A stretch of 64,000 bases of DNA from Callorhinchus milii (lineage: Eukaryota), in contig NW_024704743.1 in the NCBI RefSeq assembly GCF_018977255.1, forward strand, positions 85,934,001 through 85,998,000, read 5' to 3'. The notes beneath the pieces were generated by a model. The model saw only the letters and a list, made by a program, of their open reading frames with translations, was not told the origin of the DNA and did no database searches. A program made the translations under genes and the position numbers. Below are positions 63,268-64,000 of this stretch, in pieces (position 1 is the first letter of the stretch; every line of letters starts with the position of its first letter).

Positions 63268-64000
63268 ACAGAGACCTGTGGATATCACAGGATATCACAG
63301 AGGTAGGATCATGGAGATATTTAAATATATATGAATGTAAATTTCTATTGTTCTATATGAGTTTATATAAAAGGGTTGAAAAAGCACTGCTGATGATAGT
63401 TCTTGCATTTCCAGTTTGTGTTTGCCTCCCAAGTTTGCTGGACAATCACAGCACCTCCATCAGTCCTACCTGAAACACTAATAATAATATCCTGTAAAGT
63501 GAATTGACTGTATATTTTGTGGGCGAAATCTGTTCTTCTGTTTCAGATGCCGAATGACATGATACCTATTTTTGGCATTTCCAGTTTTTCGTTTTATATC
63601 TACTCTGATGCATATTGTTAAAAGGCTGCATTAATCTTAAGCCTTTCCTTAATTTCTTTGTGTGTTCAATTCAGTTCCTTTTTAATTCATCTTTGCTTGT
63701 GGGTTCAAGCCCTACATTGGAACCTTTCATCTCATAACCTAGCCTGTTACTTCAATTCAGTGCTGCGAAAACACTGCATTTTCAGAGCTGCTACCCTTCA
63801 GATGAAATGCTGAGATAAGGTCCCGTTTGCCTGTTCAGATCCCATATCAGTATTTGAAAAGAGAAGGGAATTTCTCCCAGTGTCCTGGCCAACAATTCTC
63901 CAGGGACATTGGTCATTCTGTTTATGGGACCAAAAGGTGCACAAATTGGCTGCCACGTTCAATTACAATAAACAGTTATTACACTAAAATTTACTATGAA

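Noticed and set aside
45830..64000. A divergent neighbouring gene (e.g. EIF3E, an EMC2 neighbour in mammals)
   Set aside because: No recognisable exon found; the ORFs here are TE-derived or random. Small or non-coding exons cannot be excluded by eye

Overview
Eukaryotic, repeat-rich vertebrate DNA; the Deu-domain SINEs, L2/CR1 LINEs, LF-SINE-like and Penelope-like relics suggest a cartilaginous fish (inference). The only host gene found is EMC2 (TTC35, ER membrane protein complex subunit 2) on the minus strand. Coding exons 1-10 (45717 down to 662; 807 nt, 269 codons) were reconstructed by hand with GT-AG boundaries and consistent phases; the last exon lies beyond position 1. The promoter and exon 1 form a ~140-bp unique island between two simple-sequence arrays. 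The intron-1 array is a tandem amplification of the exon-1/intron-1 splice junction itself. The remainder is dominated by L2 LINEs (one young copy with a 586-aa open RT frame), their partner tRNA/Deu SINEs, CR1 fragments and older repeats. Most ORFs in the supplied track are TE-derived or spurious. Notable observations: the splice-donor satellite; a SINE tail occupying the exon-2 branch-point zone; a covarying LINE/SINE 3' stem-loop; LINE-SINE fusion junctions; a locally copied SINE-plus-flank segment with a second tail; and a degenerate hammerhead ribozyme in a Penelope-like fragment. No prokaryote-type system (CRISPR, operon) is present. Repeat boundaries are approximate, and family names come from recall, not from a database search.
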